64,000 bases of DNA, from the NCBI RefSeq assembly GCF_000485595.1, contig NW_014577079.1, positions 180,826 through 244,825 on the forward strand. Reading direction: 5' to 3'. The translations under genes and the position numbers were made by a program. Source of the stretch: Priapulus caudatus. Its lineage: Eukaryota. How positions within the stretch are numbered: position 1 is the first letter of the stretch; each line of letters begins with the position of its first letter. Below are positions 35,286-48,985 of the stretch, piece after piece. The notes under the pieces were generated by a model. The model worked only from the letters and a program-made list of their open reading frames with translations, had not been told where the DNA came from and ran no database searches.

Positions 35286-36959
35286 CCGGCCCCCCCACTC
35301 CGAGGTCGGAAAGACCGCATGCGCGTTCCCAAAATCTCCGGTAAAGGGGTATTTTTCGCGCGACAAAATCCGGCCCAAGAATTGTAAACAAGAGCCGCAG
35401 AGCGTCTGGGCTCATCTGAGGTCTGTTGCTACGATTATAAANNNNNNNNNNGCGTGCGCCGGCCTAAGCATTAGGCGCCCGGGTCCATAGCTGCCAGCGC
35501 CGCATACTGTCGTAGGACGTTCCCGCGGTCGCGTGCGCCTTGCCGCGGAACTGCACGCAAGATCTGCGCTCAGCACTTCGGGTCAACACCTCCTTTCGGC
35601 AACGCTTCTCTAGTATCCCGTCTCATCTGGATGTTACTAACAATTACACTACTATCAGCACTAACTATTGAATAATTTGTAGTTTCAACCGGTCATACAA
35701 TGGTACATTCTCATAAGGCGATACAAACATTTCTTATATCTAATTTCAACCGAATTCTTTTAGCGAAAATCATACTCCTCTGCCTCTAATGTTTCTACCT
35801 TTTTATAGGGATAATAAAAGCCTTTGACCCTTTTGTCTGTGCATGTGTCTGTAAGAATATCAGTCTGCTACGAATATACGCGGATTATGATGTATGCCTA
35901 AATACAGCCTAATACAGAGATACTTGAATGATGTGAAACGCCTCCTAGCCTAGTTTCTATGCAGAAACTCTGCTCTGTCAGCTTTGCCTATTTCGTACGG
36001 CTCGGTGTGAGGAAATCGATGCAGTTTATTACATCACAGCAGACAAACTGTCGCAAACTGTCAAAATTGTGGCGCTCAAAGACGGCGTGGAAGATGTAGC
36101 GACGTAATTGCATTTACTTACGAAACTAATCGCATTACTGACGCGTGACGGGAGTATCAGGCGTACTGGCGTAGTGATCGTATGGCAGGCTAGCGATTCT
36201 GCAGGTAAAGAATTTCTCGGTCTTTTTCGTTTGCAAATGGTCCGCGAGATAGGATTCATAGAGAAATTTAGAAAAATTTGACCGTACAAACAGTGTATTC
36301 ATGAGGCAACGCAGAACTTGGTAATGAATACAAGTTTGCGCAAATCCAACGTATTTTCAAGTTTCGTCGAAGGATACGACTTTGCAATACTGTATAGAGT
36401 AAAAAAGGTTAAATGAAGAGAAAGAGAAGAAATTACTTGGCAGGTTGTCGTGCCTTTATGTAAGCCTTTTACCTTTAAAATGGCCTTTAAAATTGTTTTT
36501 GTGAGGAGGGACCGACGTACAAAATCCCCAGGAAAGTCTTGGTTACAAAACGATTGCTGCCAGATGTCTTCCCCAATACTGGATCCTTCTATGCAAATTT
36601 AGGAATGAATGTGCTTGTTTTCTATCAGCAGGGTACGATAGTGGGGTATTATAGTGGGGTATTATTACTATTACTCTGGTAGATGCATTCATACTCTTGT
36701 TCCCGGTGGCAACGTTTGATGCTTGTTTACCATGTATTGATTCGATTTCTAGCTAATGGCATATATATTAGTTAAATAAGAGCTTTACTTAGCGTAAAGC
36801 GGCTGCTGCAGAACTCATCCCAGCTCACGCACTCTGGATAAGTAGTCTACCCAGTACCCACAACAGATAAAACTACATCGAGATGGCTTCATTTGAATAT
36901 ATTTTAATAGCAGACGCTTACAATGATGCATGAGCACCTGTCTGGTTGTTATATATATG

Positions 36960-36990
<31 letters not shown>

Positions 36991-37644
36991 GCATTGCATC
37001 CCATTCATACGATTCCATGCGTTGTGGTGTGTCACACCCTCGTGTGTACAGCAGACGAGATCAGAGCGCACAGATGTGACCGCGTTCTGTTGTTCTCGTC
37101 GCGCCGGTTTCCACCAACTAAAGTAAATAGCTGCTCGGGAGGAAATGCGTTGATGCGAGCGCCGACGGCTGCCAGATGACAGCAATAGGAAGCGAGTGCG
37201 GCGGTGCCATCCATAGTCGAGCAGGCGTTGATGGCTTCAGTGTGAGAGAAGAATCACACATAGTATAGGGGCCGCACAGTCGACTGATTTCATTTACGGC
37301 CTCGTGCGCGCGCGCGCACGTCCGCACTCACACGTGCTATGCACCCTCTCACCAACCGATCAACATCCCCGCCTCCTCACGCCCTGCGCTATATCCCTGT
37401 TATATATGTATGTATAATTCAGCTTTATCGCGGTTAGTAATGGGTACGCGCCTCCTCTATTGTGAGTGATTTATATAGATCACTGTAAAGGCGGGTTATC
37501 GAGAGCGAACATCGGCGCCTGCTCTATACTGCGCGACTTCTCTGTCTGTCAACTGATATGATAACGACCGAGAGCAGCTTTCCGCAATCTTGGGCCGAGT
37601 GCTGCGGTGGGTGGGTGGGTGGCTTCGCTGCGCGCGTATCACAT

Positions 37645-37647
37645 GAG

Positions 37648-37711
<64 letters not shown>

Positions 37712-38115
37712 CTCTCTGCTCTCTCTCTCTCTCTCTCTCTCCTCTCTCTGCTCTGCTCTCGCTCTCTCTCTCTCCTCTCGCTACTCTCCTCTCTCTCTCT
37801 TCTCTCTCTCCGCTGTTCATCTCTTCTTCTCTCGTCTTCTTCTCTCCTCTCTCTTTCTCTCCTCTCTCTCTCTCTCCTCTCCTCTTTCTCTCCTTGCTCT
37901 CTCTCTCTCTCTCTTTCTCTCGCTCTCTCTCTTCATTCTCGTTTCTCGTGTCTCTCCCTTGCGTTTTTCTTTCTCTCTCTCTCTCTCTCTCAACCTCTCT
38001 CTCTCTTCTCTCTCTCTCTTCTCCCTGCTCTCTGCTCTCTCTCTCTCTCTCTCTGCTCTCTCTTTCCGTTCTCTGTTTCTCTTTTTCTCTCTCTCTCTTC
38101 TCTCTCTCTCTCTCT

Positions 38116-38149
<34 letters not shown>

Positions 38150-38640
38150 ATCTCTCCTACTCTCTCTCCTCTCTCTCTCTCCCCACCATCTCTCTCTATC
38201 TCTCCCCACCCTCTCTCTCTTCTAACTCTGACCCCATCTCTTTTTCTCCCTCTGTCTTTGCCCGTCCTTCCTCCCCCTTCCTCTCTTCATCCCTCGTTCC
38301 GTCCGTCCGTCCGTCCGTCCGTCCGTCCGTCCGTCCGTCCGTCCGTCCGTCCGTCCGTCCGTCCGTCCTTCCCTCCCTCACCCCTTCCCCATCCCTCTCT
38401 GAGCCACCCTCTCTGCCCTGTTTCTCTGCTTCGCCTCTGTTTCTCTCTTTTTTTCTCTCTCTCTCTCTCTCTCTCTCTCGCGCTCTCTTTCTCTCTTTCA
38501 TTCTCTGTTGCTCTTTCTCTCTCCCTTGCATTTTCTCTTTCTCTATCTCTCTCTCCTTCCCCCCCCTCTCTCTCTCTCTTTCTCTTTCTCTTTCTCTTTC
38601 TCTCTCTCTCTGTTTCTCTCTCTCTCTCTCTCTCTCTATC
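37645..38640. repeat. ~1-kb (CT)n-rich compound microsatellite with a (CCGT)n block
   Basis: Direct inspection. Confidence 0.95.
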
Positions 38641-38923
38641 TGTCGATGTTCTATGTGCGTATTGCCGTCGTCACGATTATGGCTTATAGGTATAACCGGC
38701 TTTCTCGTTATAATGGCGCGTGTATGCGAAAATAGGGAATCCATGCTCGCGGGGAAAGCCCCTGCCAGCTGATGACATGAGCGCTGTGGGAGCCATAGCC
38801 GCGTGCACATTACGCGACGTGACGCGTGTGCGTGTGACTGCAATCCGCGCTTACCTCCTCGTTCCCATCTCACATGCTAATCGGGGCGCGGATAGAGAGC
38901 CACGGCCCTATATTTACGCAGCC

Positions 38924-39141
38924 GGCTGAAAGGGGTGGTAGGATATGTTTACTAGGCACTTCTAATTTTAACATATATTTTACGATATATTAAAGAATGA
39001 TGCAAAAACCCTAAAAAGTGCCCTAACCCTAACCCTAACCCTAACCCTAACCCTAACCCTAACCCTGACCCTAATTTAAATTTAAAATATATGTTAAAAT
39101 TAGAAGTGCCTAGTAAACATATCCTACCACCCCTTTCAGCC
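38924..39141. mobile_element. MITE with ~58-bp TIRs enclosing (CCCTAA)n
   Basis: ggctgaaaggggtggtaggatatgtttactaggcacttctaattttaacatatatttt and its reverse complement around about 8 ccctaa units. Confidence 0.8.
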
Positions 39142-40035
39142 GACTGCTATATTTACACACACACGCGCGCGCACGCGCTGGGTTATTGCTGGGTGCGTGC
39201 GTGCGTGCGCGCGGAAGCCACGCTGAGCGCGCGCAATAATGGGGATAAACATTGTCAGTTGGCGCGTAGATACTTGTCATCGGGTTCTGGTCTCGCTCGC
39301 TCTCGCGGCGGTTGTCAACGACACATGCGTAATGTGCCAGCTGGCTGGCTGGCTGGCGTGCTGCAGCGTGCGTGCGTGCGTGACCAAGCATTGACCAAGC
39401 TGTGTAGCTGCGCGTACACGTGTCGTCGCCACGCGCGCGTAAGCCCGCACGCTCGCGATCTGGGTCCCGCGGGACCAGGCGACCGGTAGGGACCGGAGGT
39501 GACTAATTCCGTTCGCGCGTGGATATTACTTTCGGGCCTAATCGTTTTTTGCGATGGCAGAGTGGGTCTAGCCTCACGAGGGCGAGTTTAGAATTTGTAA
39601 CCGGATCGGCGATATTCGAGTTCAAACGCAAATGATGAACTGGCGAGCGAGTGTCAGCCTATCGACCTAGCCACGTCTATTGATTGCCTCCAGTGGCTCA
39701 AGCACTTCGAAACCGCCGTCACACCACCACCTGTGTTTTACGCACGGAGCGAAGGCGGCCTCATGGTAAGTACGAGATTTTAATTTAATTTCGACGCGCG
39801 GACGGAGTTCGAGAGTGAAATGTCAACAGGCGACGATTGATATGGGATTACACACCGATGTCGGGAGAGGGATCTATATTGAGAAATAAAATTAACGTGC
39901 CGCTGACGAACGACGTTTTTGTGGCGGTTGCGGCGGTGGTGCTGGGATTGCTATTTGTGCACGAATCTTCTGTCGCGTCTGTGTTAGTTGTTCGTCTAGA
40001 TGAATTAACGACGATTGCCGTGTGTGTGTGTGTGA

Positions 40036-40072
<37 letters not shown>

Positions 40073-40689
40073 GCGTGCGTGCGTGCGAGTGTGTGTGTAC
40101 GTTAGGTGAGTGTCGCGCGCGCGTGTAATTTGTAGCTTCGAAACTTTTGGCCACGCATGATAGCGTAGTGACACGAGTGAATCAAGACTCGAGGAACTTG
40201 TATATATACGAAGTGATTTCGTTGAGCGGCATCTGGAGTCATCGATAGCGTTGCGAAATACGTCGATGTAAAACTACGCGTACGAGCAGCTTGCAGTATA
40301 GCGCTGATATTTCTGTGTGTACCCGGTTTTTCGTGTGGGTGTAAAGTAACATGCGCTCGTACCGTGTAGCCGTGGAGACGCGTGTAGGTTGTATGCTCGC
40401 TCATGCATCATTCAGACCTAGCATCGATTCGTGCACTGCGTCACTTAGTTAATACAGACTGAGTTAATACATCTAAATCTTTTGCGTCCATCGTAAACCT
40501 GCTGTTATCACCTGGCATTCGAGTTCAACTGTCCATCTACAATCAGGCTAAAAGTATTCTTGCATGAAAGGGATCAGTAAAAGCGGAAAGTCGCTTGTTT
40601 GCATAATTTCGAATCGTAATCGTGTTCATTGCTATGTAGTACTGGCGTAACATCACAAGAGTGCGATCGAACCAACAATGTATTCTATG

Positions 40690-41160
40690 TGGTAGCAACA
40701 CAGAGGGAAGTATGAACCAGGGATGTGTCTTCTGTGGGTAGCAACACACGAGTGGAGTCAAAAAGAAATCGGTCACGTATTCCCGTGTCGTAGAGGAACA
40801 GAGTTGGGTGAACCTAGTTATGTGTTCTTTCGGGGGTAGCAACTAAGAGTGGAGTGAACCAGGCGTGTGTTCTCTACGAGAAAGAAACATAGTTGGGTGA
40901 ACCCAGGCGTGTATTCACTGGGTTAGCAACACATATAGTAGGGTGAACCCAGGCTTGTATTCCCTCGTGGAAAAGTAACCGATTGGGGGGGGGGGGTGAA
41001 ACCCGGCGTGTGTTCTCTGGAGTAGCAAGACAGAGTTGATTGAATACATGCGTGAACCCAGGCGTGTATTCCCCTATGGAAAGTAACAGAGAGAGAGGTG
41101 AAATTAGGCGTGTGGTCCTTGGGGTAGCAAGCCAGATTAAAGTGAAACCAGGCATATATT
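40690..41160. repeat. Degenerate minisatellite (gggtgaacccaggcgtgtattc...gtagcaac)
   Basis: Motif recurs about ten times at roughly 40-bp spacing. Confidence 0.7.
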
Positions 41161-42409
41161 ATTCGTTGAAAAGGAAGAGGGGTTAGTAGGTAGGTAGCGT
41201 TGGGGGAGGTGGTAAAACTAGTCATCGCTTTCCTGTGGTAAAGGTAGAGAGTAGCGTCAACGCAGCGTGAACGTATGAAGCAAGAAGTCCCGCCTTCTAT
41301 TTAAAACCTTTCCCGTCTCGCGGCACTTGGCGGTCTCTAGGGGGCACGTCATCTGTATGGAAGGTACTTCGCGTAGTAAAGTTCATCAGCCTTCGCCGCG
41401 GTTGTCTCTCTCTCTGACGAGCTATTTCGAAAGCTCTAACGAGAGTTTACGCGAGTTGAAGCTGAAACCGCGGATTCGCTCACTCGTGAATGCGAATAAA
41501 AGCGGATATAAATCAAGAGACACAGCCATCTAATTGCTCGCATGAAGAGGATAATTAAAATCGCATCAACTCGTTGATCCAAGAGTCGTATACCAACGAT
41601 TTTAATTTGCCGTAGGTTTATGCGCAGCTTCTGATCGCACTCGTGTGCATCGTTATCCGGTAATGGTAAATGTCACGTTTGGTTCGTTGCGCGATCGATT
41701 TATCAATGCTAATCATAGTAATTCTGTTTCTTTGAGTTCTGTATTTTGCATACGAGATTATTTCCGCAATTTTGCGAGTACGAAGTGCAATATTGAAACG
41801 TTTCCTTTTGATCTGGCAATTTGTCTACCGAATAGAATCAAGCCTTGTGTATTATGATACTGCCAATACCAGCTCGCTAACTCTTAGATTATCTCGTAAT
41901 AATACCGGTCACATTGCACTAGATCACATGATGTTTTCACTGGCAAACGGGAATTTTTTTTTTCTAAAGTAAAAGTTACAAGAGAATATGTTTCTGTGTT
42001 TTCTTACAAAACAAGTAAAAAATATCCTCAAAATTGCAGCGACAATGACTCGGGCATTTTGCTGTCTTTATATCTCTTTGAGAAAGATGACGTGTTTCAT
42101 GTACGGATTAGACACGGATGCACATCGTGTACACTGTAGTCGTGTCGCTAGTATTACAGTATGGGTAATTTATCATCAGTATGTAGCATTTCCTTAGACA
42201 ACATCCTCCTAATTTAGCTAAAACATGTCAGTTTGATGCTGCCTGTACATTTTTCAAGTTATTAAGGAGCGGACACGTTTCAGTGGCAGTCGCATTAATC
42301 TTCTCTGTCAAGTAGTCTGTAGTCATTAGTCTCTTCAATGTCTAATGATTATAAATATCAGTTTCGCACAGCCAACAGCACATCCCAACCCTAATCCCAC
42401 TAACTAACA

Positions 42410-42657
42410 GCATTGCCACCAAACCCCTACTAGCACCGCGGCCACCACCACCGCCGCCGCCGCCGCCGCCGCCACCACCACCATCACTGCCGCCACCGCC
42501 ACGGCCACCACCACCGCCGCTGCCGCCATCGCCACCAACACCACCACCACCACCACTGTCACTGCCGCCGTCGCCACCAACATCACCGTCGCCAACCACC
42601 GCCACCGCCATCATTATCATCATCATCATCATCATCATCATCATAGCCACCACCACC

Positions 42658-42689
<32 letters not shown>

Positions 42690-42740
42690 CACCACCACCA
42701 CCACCACCACCACCACCACCACTACCACCAACACTACCCC
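42410..42740. repeat. Compound trinucleotide microsatellite (CCA/CCG/CAT/CAA)
   Basis: Direct inspection. Confidence 0.9.
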
Positions 42741-44779
42741 CAATCCCACCCCACGATCTCCACTGATTACTTCCTTATCATATTCCGCCTCGTTCATTAG
42801 CCCGGCCCACACTTGGCTCTGATGACTTTAACGATGATAACATTTACGCAGCTGTTCGAGTAGGGTTCCCGTTCGAGTAGGCACCCCCGTTAGCGCACCA
42901 TTCATGATTGCGCCTTTTGGCCGCTAGGGGACTGTTGACGTAACCCCACGACGAGTGGCAGCCAATCAGAACACATATAGCTCTTGTCTCAGCTTAATTA
43001 AGCTCGGGGTAATATGTCGGGCGGCCGCATCATCTTTCTTTTAATGTAATTAGTGTCGAGTGGTGCGCAGGAGGCTGGGAAGGACGAGAGTCATAGAGGT
43101 GCATAGGGACATCGGCACGCAAGACCCCGGCGCCGTAAAGTGCGTGCGTGCGTGCGTGTGCACGCGCGCGTGCGCGTACGTTACGTGCGCGTGTATGCGT
43201 GCGTTTGTGTGTGCGTGCGTACGTGCGCGTGCGTGCGTGTGGGCGTGTGATCGGGAACACCAGGAGACAAATGCAGGACAGCAGTTACCATCACATTATT
43301 TTGTTATATTAAAAGTGTAAATACTCATCACGCCTGCCGCCGTGTACGTACCAAACACTGATTGCCACTTCATCAAATAAATACACTAATTCACTTCCAT
43401 CTAGCGCTAGGCCATATTCAATTTCATTCGATTTCATTTGGTTTAGACGGCGGGGAACGCGTGGAATCAATACAGATTTGCAAGCGCTTGGGTTGTTAGG
43501 CTGACATGCCTGATTATAGACCGGCCACCCTACGCGCGAGTGTATGGTAATGTTCGCGGACACAACCGGAGGGCGGGTTTTCCTCGTCAGAGGGAAGCTG
43601 GAACAATGGCAAACTAGCGATTGACATGCTGAGATATTCCTCTACTACTCGACTCTTGTACTCGACTCTTGTGGACGACTGAGACGCGCGGGGTTTCTTT
43701 CGGTTGTGCGTTAAGTTGAGTTCGTGTATGTCGGCATTCAGAGGCTTCCTCCCCTGGCACGCTATTCCCCAAGTTTTAATATATCGTTGCAGGACGCACA
43801 AGAAGCCGTTTTGTTAGCGGCGATAAAACGCGACCTTGTTAACAGCTGCATCGATCCAAATCTCTTCACCACTAATTCACCAAAATGTTCGATCGCACGT
43901 GCCATCTAAAGCGTCTTGAGTGTGGGTGGGGTGGCGCTGGTAGTAAGAAGGGTGACTGCGTGGCGGGAAGTGGTGCATGTCTGTAGAATCAATAACTGGA
44001 AGTCAGTTCGAAAGATGGCTTCTTTGCGGCTGGTGGCTAAATAAAATGCGTGCATATATCATCACCCGAAGCACGCAAACAGAGTTAGTAAGAAGCGTGT
44101 TGGCAGCCGTGGCTGCATAAGCGATAGATATTTAGTTTCGGGTTGAGTTTTAAGGAAATGCGCGCGAAATGAAAGAAACGAAACCCATCGTATAAAGTTC
44201 GCGAAATAAAGTTTGATTTAACCAGTTGATCATCGCAGAGAAACTAAAGACGCATTTTTATTGTTGATGTTGTAATGGCACGCTAAATTCAAAGTTTTTC
44301 TTTCAGTTCTCGTCTTCTGTATTATTATAGGCTTTCGGAAATTTTTAAACACTTTTTTTGGTAAAGCATCGACATCAACAACTATTAAGGATATACCGTA
44401 TAGTAATGCTAAGGGTAATGGTAATGGTAATGGAAATTGGGTTATGTCTATGTTAATGGTAATGGTAACTGGGTTATGCCTATATTAATGGTAATGGTAA
44501 GTGGTAAATTGGTAATGGTAATGCCAATATGGAAGCGCAATAGGTATTCACCGCCTTGAGAGGGATTGCATTGTTGTAGCGATGGCAAGTAAGATAGGTG
44601 TGAATTGACGTGCCAGTAACGTCTGCTGACGTTCTAACACATGGTCTCGTCTCGGGGACCTTGAAAACCTGACCCTGTCGCAAACCGCTTTGCGCCCTAA
44701 AATACACCATGTCCCAATATACTGCACTAAAAAGTATACCCTGTTGCAATATTGCACATGTCGGTTATGTCCTGTCCTG

Positions 44780-44970
44780 TCAATATAGGCAGATATTGGT
44801 CCAATATCGGCCTGGTGATATTGGCCCAATATTGTTTTGGCAATATTGGGCCGATATTGGACCAATATCTGCCTATATTGAACCAATATCTGCCTATATT
44901 GGTCCAATATTGGCCTGGTGATATTATTATTGGCCCAATATTGTTTTGCCAATATTGGTCCAATATCAGC
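44780..44970. repeat. Array of short palindromic ccaatattgg-type units in mixed orientation
   Basis: ggcagatattggtccaatatc / tgatattggcccaatattgttttggcaatattgg recur forward and reverse. Confidence 0.7.
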
Positions 44971-46138
44971 TTGATGGGTGTGTATCTAGATAACCCTGTG
45001 CCAGTAATGATGTTCGGAAAATATACCCTGTGCCAATAATGATGTTGGGAAAATATACCCTGTCCAGCGGCACGTCCCATTACCTTTAGCAATTGGAGTG
45101 CCCCCCCCCCCCGGGAACGTTGTTACCTACGACATTGCGTGCCATTACGGTGTGCGACATTGTTACGTAAGCCACTGTGCGGAAATTGTTGCGAAAGACA
45201 TTGTGCAAGACCATAGAAATCGCAACGCAAATAACAGCTATTTTGGCTGTGATTTCTATTATATAGCTATTACATGTCTATATTATATTTCTATTACAGA
45301 TTTATTGTATGGTACAGGCATTGTTACGTGCGACATTGTGCACACATGACGTTGTACGACGTCGTTATGTGTATTGTTGTTCCCCACGTCACAACAATAT
45401 GACTGTTGTATCAGATCTAAAAAACTGGACCTGGAAAATTTACGTTCGCTTACGTAAGCGTGGGCCGAAATCCATTCAAGGCGAAGGCTGAACTAGTTTT
45501 ATTCACCGGGGTTGGATGTATCAGTAAATGACAATAATGAAAAATCGCATCTTCTCTCATTTCCTATTATAGCTGCGGGGTGGAAATCAGATGTATCTAT
45601 GTACATATGCTATATATCGGATTAGCTAGACATCCGGAAAAACTGTGCATGTCAACACAAACCAATGTGTTGTATTTTATCGCGAAGGCTGTTGCATTTA
45701 TATCTCTTGTCAACTCGTACGGAATCAATATCATCTGTGACAGGAAATGGGTTTATATTTTTTGCATGTTTCAATCAAACGTTTGCTTGAAATTCGAAGC
45801 TGAGTTTGGCACGAACTCACTCACGAAATAAACTCAACGACTAGTAATCACATATTGGTTTTTTTCTGCTTGGGTGGTTCAGCGTTGTATCAAGTCGGTA
45901 ATGGGTGCGGGCACGTTTAATTTGGCATGAAGAAGTAAGCATAAAAACAAACACGCGCCATCCTATCGCGCCACAGCGCTGAAATATCGTGTAACAAATC
46001 GGAATGCATATTGAGTAGTTTTTAACGTTGGCATTCGAAGATGTAAATTGATGGGATGAAATAGTGCTGTTGGTACAAGGGGAAAGGCTTCACACGTGAA
46101 CGTGGTTCGTATATATGTATATATGTATATATGTGACG

Positions 46139-46208
<70 letters not shown>

Positions 46209-46764
46209 TCGCAACGCAATATGCTTGTCACAGCTAGTGCAATCTTGCAATCTATTGCATCCTGCACGCCTGCCAGCCTGCGAGCGGGCGACATCACTTT
46301 CAATGCCGCGTGCGTTATTTTAGGTACGGAATCTTACGTTTCTCGTCGGTTGCCGGAGTTGGGACACGTGCTGACTTAAAACAGCATCGGCGATATAATT
46401 TGATATTCCGCAGGCGGTCGCGTGTTACGATAGCGGCGCATCTCTCTCTTCCTCTCTTCCCTGCAGTCGCAGAGTCGCAGATGCTAGTGTTTAGCTGCGA
46501 GTGGTGGTGTCTCTCGCGCGCTGCACAGTCGCTCCCGTAGAGAGATAGAGTGGAGCAGAAGAGGAAAGGCGGCAATAGGAAGAGATACAGGTTTATGCGT
46601 ATCTAGTTTTTGTGCTGTGACAGTAATCTGCCCGACGGAATCTGCGCTGTTAGAAGTGATGTCGACTTTATAGCGAAGTCTATAAATAGGCGATATGATT
46701 AAGTTCTAAAGTTAATTTCTATGTGTGTGGTAACATTAGGACGAGCCGTGTATGTAACTTGATT

Positions 46765-46769
46765 CTACA

Positions 46770-46810
<41 letters not shown>

Positions 46811-46982
46811 CACAACAGCAGCAACAACAGCAGCAGCAACAACAAAAACAACAACAACAATAACAACTACTACTACTACAGCTACAACTACAACTAAACT
46901 ACAACAACGACAACAACACCGCCGCCACACCACCACACCACCACACCACCACCGTCATCATCATCATCATCAGCATCAGCGG

Positions 46983-47025
<43 letters not shown>

Positions 47026-47070
47026 CCGTCAACAACATCGACATCAACAACAACAACGACGACGACGACG
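46765..47070. repeat. Compound trinucleotide microsatellite (GAC/CAA/CAG/CAT)
   Basis: Direct inspection. Confidence 0.9.
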
Positions 47071-47371
47071 ACCTCTCCAACGAAAAGTGAAGCCATAACT
47101 GCGAGACGACTGGCGACGGGGGCAACTGGCCGACAATCACCTGCATTATTCGGTCTCGAAGCGTCGCCACGACGCCTCGTCCGTCGTCTGTCGTCGCTAG
47201 TGGCCGTGTGTTAGCCGGGGCAGACGCCGCGCCGTGGCGCATAATACGTCGCTATAGCAGCGCGCGTCAGCCACGACGGCCGACTGACTAATCGCTACAC
47301 GAACGTGATTGATCGCCGAGTGTATACACGACGCCACACATACGTACCCCGGCTTCTCTTAAGCGGTCTCC

Positions 47372-47425
47372 ATGGATATGAATCCGGCGTACACGGGCAT
47401 CTACTGGCAGATACGGGAAGGCCTG
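47372..47425 (+). other. Candidate first coding exon of an unidentified gene (MDMNPAYTGIYWQIREGL)
   Basis: ccATGG start, 18 open codons, consensus CTG|gtgagt donor in CpG-rich DNA; no downstream exon identified. Confidence 0.3.
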
Positions 47426-48383
47426 GTGAGTTGCGCACGAATGCAGAACGCTGTTATTACGCATCCCCCGTTCACGTCCACGCGCGGGCGCGCGTGCGTG
47501 GGTGCGTGCCCCGATTAGCCTTGACGTCGGGAATGTTGGCATTACGCTCTCGCTACGTCGGCGCTGAGAATTAATTAGAAGCTACTTTGGGTGGAGATCT
47601 ATTCAAATGGCAGTCAGTGGGGGGTTTATAACAAGCGAGCGGGTGCCGCCGAGCGAGCTTGTTATACCCCCATCGCCTCTCTAGAAAGCGCCGTCTACAC
47701 TAACTTGCAGGCATCGTAGTTGTCAGATTATGTGCGCGGGCGACCTTTTTTGCTTCGTGACTTTTCCGCATCCGCGCGGCTTATTAAAATGCGCGCTGCT
47801 CTGTGTTTCGCTTTTCACGGCCTCCACCGATCGACCGGCACTATCAGGCTCAAGTGACCATTATTTAGACACGTTTGTGTTATAGATTTTTTTTAGCTCG
47901 TCTGACTCGTCTGCCAGTTACAGCTGCCAGATCTGCGAATCTAAACGTATTCCCTGCTACTGGGTAGGTTTACATAGCGGCTTATCACAACAGATTTGTT
48001 ATGGCAAGCCCCACAGCGCGATATGCGCTCATAAGCGGAGACGCTGTCGGTACAATATTGTCGACTGCGTGGCAAGGCTCAATGATCAGCAGGGCAGATT
48101 TCAGATATTTTTACGGGTTGTGCTTTGAGAGCACGCGGTAGCAGCAGCGGGAGGCAGCAGGAGCCCGTAGATAATCCAGCGCGGGTGTATAATGGAACTA
48201 TAATGCGCAAGATTATGAGCAATGATCCCAGCGAGCTGTAACAGCAGTAGCAGCAGTAATACCAGGAGCAGCAGCGGTATCAGTTAGCAGCAGCAACAAC
48301 AACAGCAGCAGCAGTAACAGTCACGAACAGCAGTGGCAGATTTATCAGCAGCAACAACATCAGCACCAGTGCGGTATGCGCGC

Positions 48384-48420
<37 letters not shown>

Positions 48421-48450
48421 TGCTGTTGAACTTTTGCAGTATATTTTCTA

Positions 48451-48985
48451 TTTAGCTCATCTGACATAGCAGCAGCAGCAGCAGCAGATACAGCTAGTCA
48501 GATAGTCAGATGCAGCTTGTAGAATCGCATGATCGTCCGTGCGTGCGTGCGTGCGTCCGTCCGTCCGTCCGTCAACAGTTGGGCACAAATCTAAACGGCT
48601 CGATGTACGGTCACGATATTCGGGACGTGGAGGGGTGATCCGAAAACGAGTTGGGATGTCGAAGCTGGGGGTCAAAGGTCAAAGGTCAAGAGGTGTAAAA
48701 GAAGGGGGAACATTCCTTCCTTAACTTAAGGTATAGGGAAGAAATGCAGAATTGCGGCACAAATCTAAACGGCTCGACCTAGGCTCGTGATAGTCGGTGT
48801 ATGGCATCATGATAGGAAAAGCCATCACTGTGCCGAAATTGGAGGTCACAGGTCAAAGGTCAAAAGAAATGCTCTATAGGCCTTGAACGCGGCGATGGGA
48901 GAGTGCTCTTGATTCGTTTGCCAGTGAGTTTAGCATCAGAACACCTGCCGTCAGGTGAGCGCTGTCACTCTGTGGCACTTGTTTT
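48451..48985 (+). mobile_element. HINE/DINE-1-like element, family B
   Basis: tttagctcatctgac start, gtccgtccgtcc microsatellite, gtcaggtgagc + hairpin end; a noisy duplicate lies at ~51458-52025. Confidence 0.75.

Noticed and set aside
37524..38873. Long ORFs (404, 360, 225 aa) rich in SL or ER
   Set aside because: Translations of the (CT)n/(AG)n microsatellite; no domain content.
39020..39075. Interstitial telomere marking a chromosome fusion
   Set aside because: Short, single orientation and enclosed by MITE TIRs.
42342..42812. Poly-Val/Met/Gly ORF resembling a glycine-rich or membrane protein
   Set aside because: Compound trinucleotide microsatellite with no splice or domain support.
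44780..44970. CRISPR-like look of short palindromic repeats
   Set aside because: No unique spacers, mixed orientation, eukaryotic context, no cas genes.
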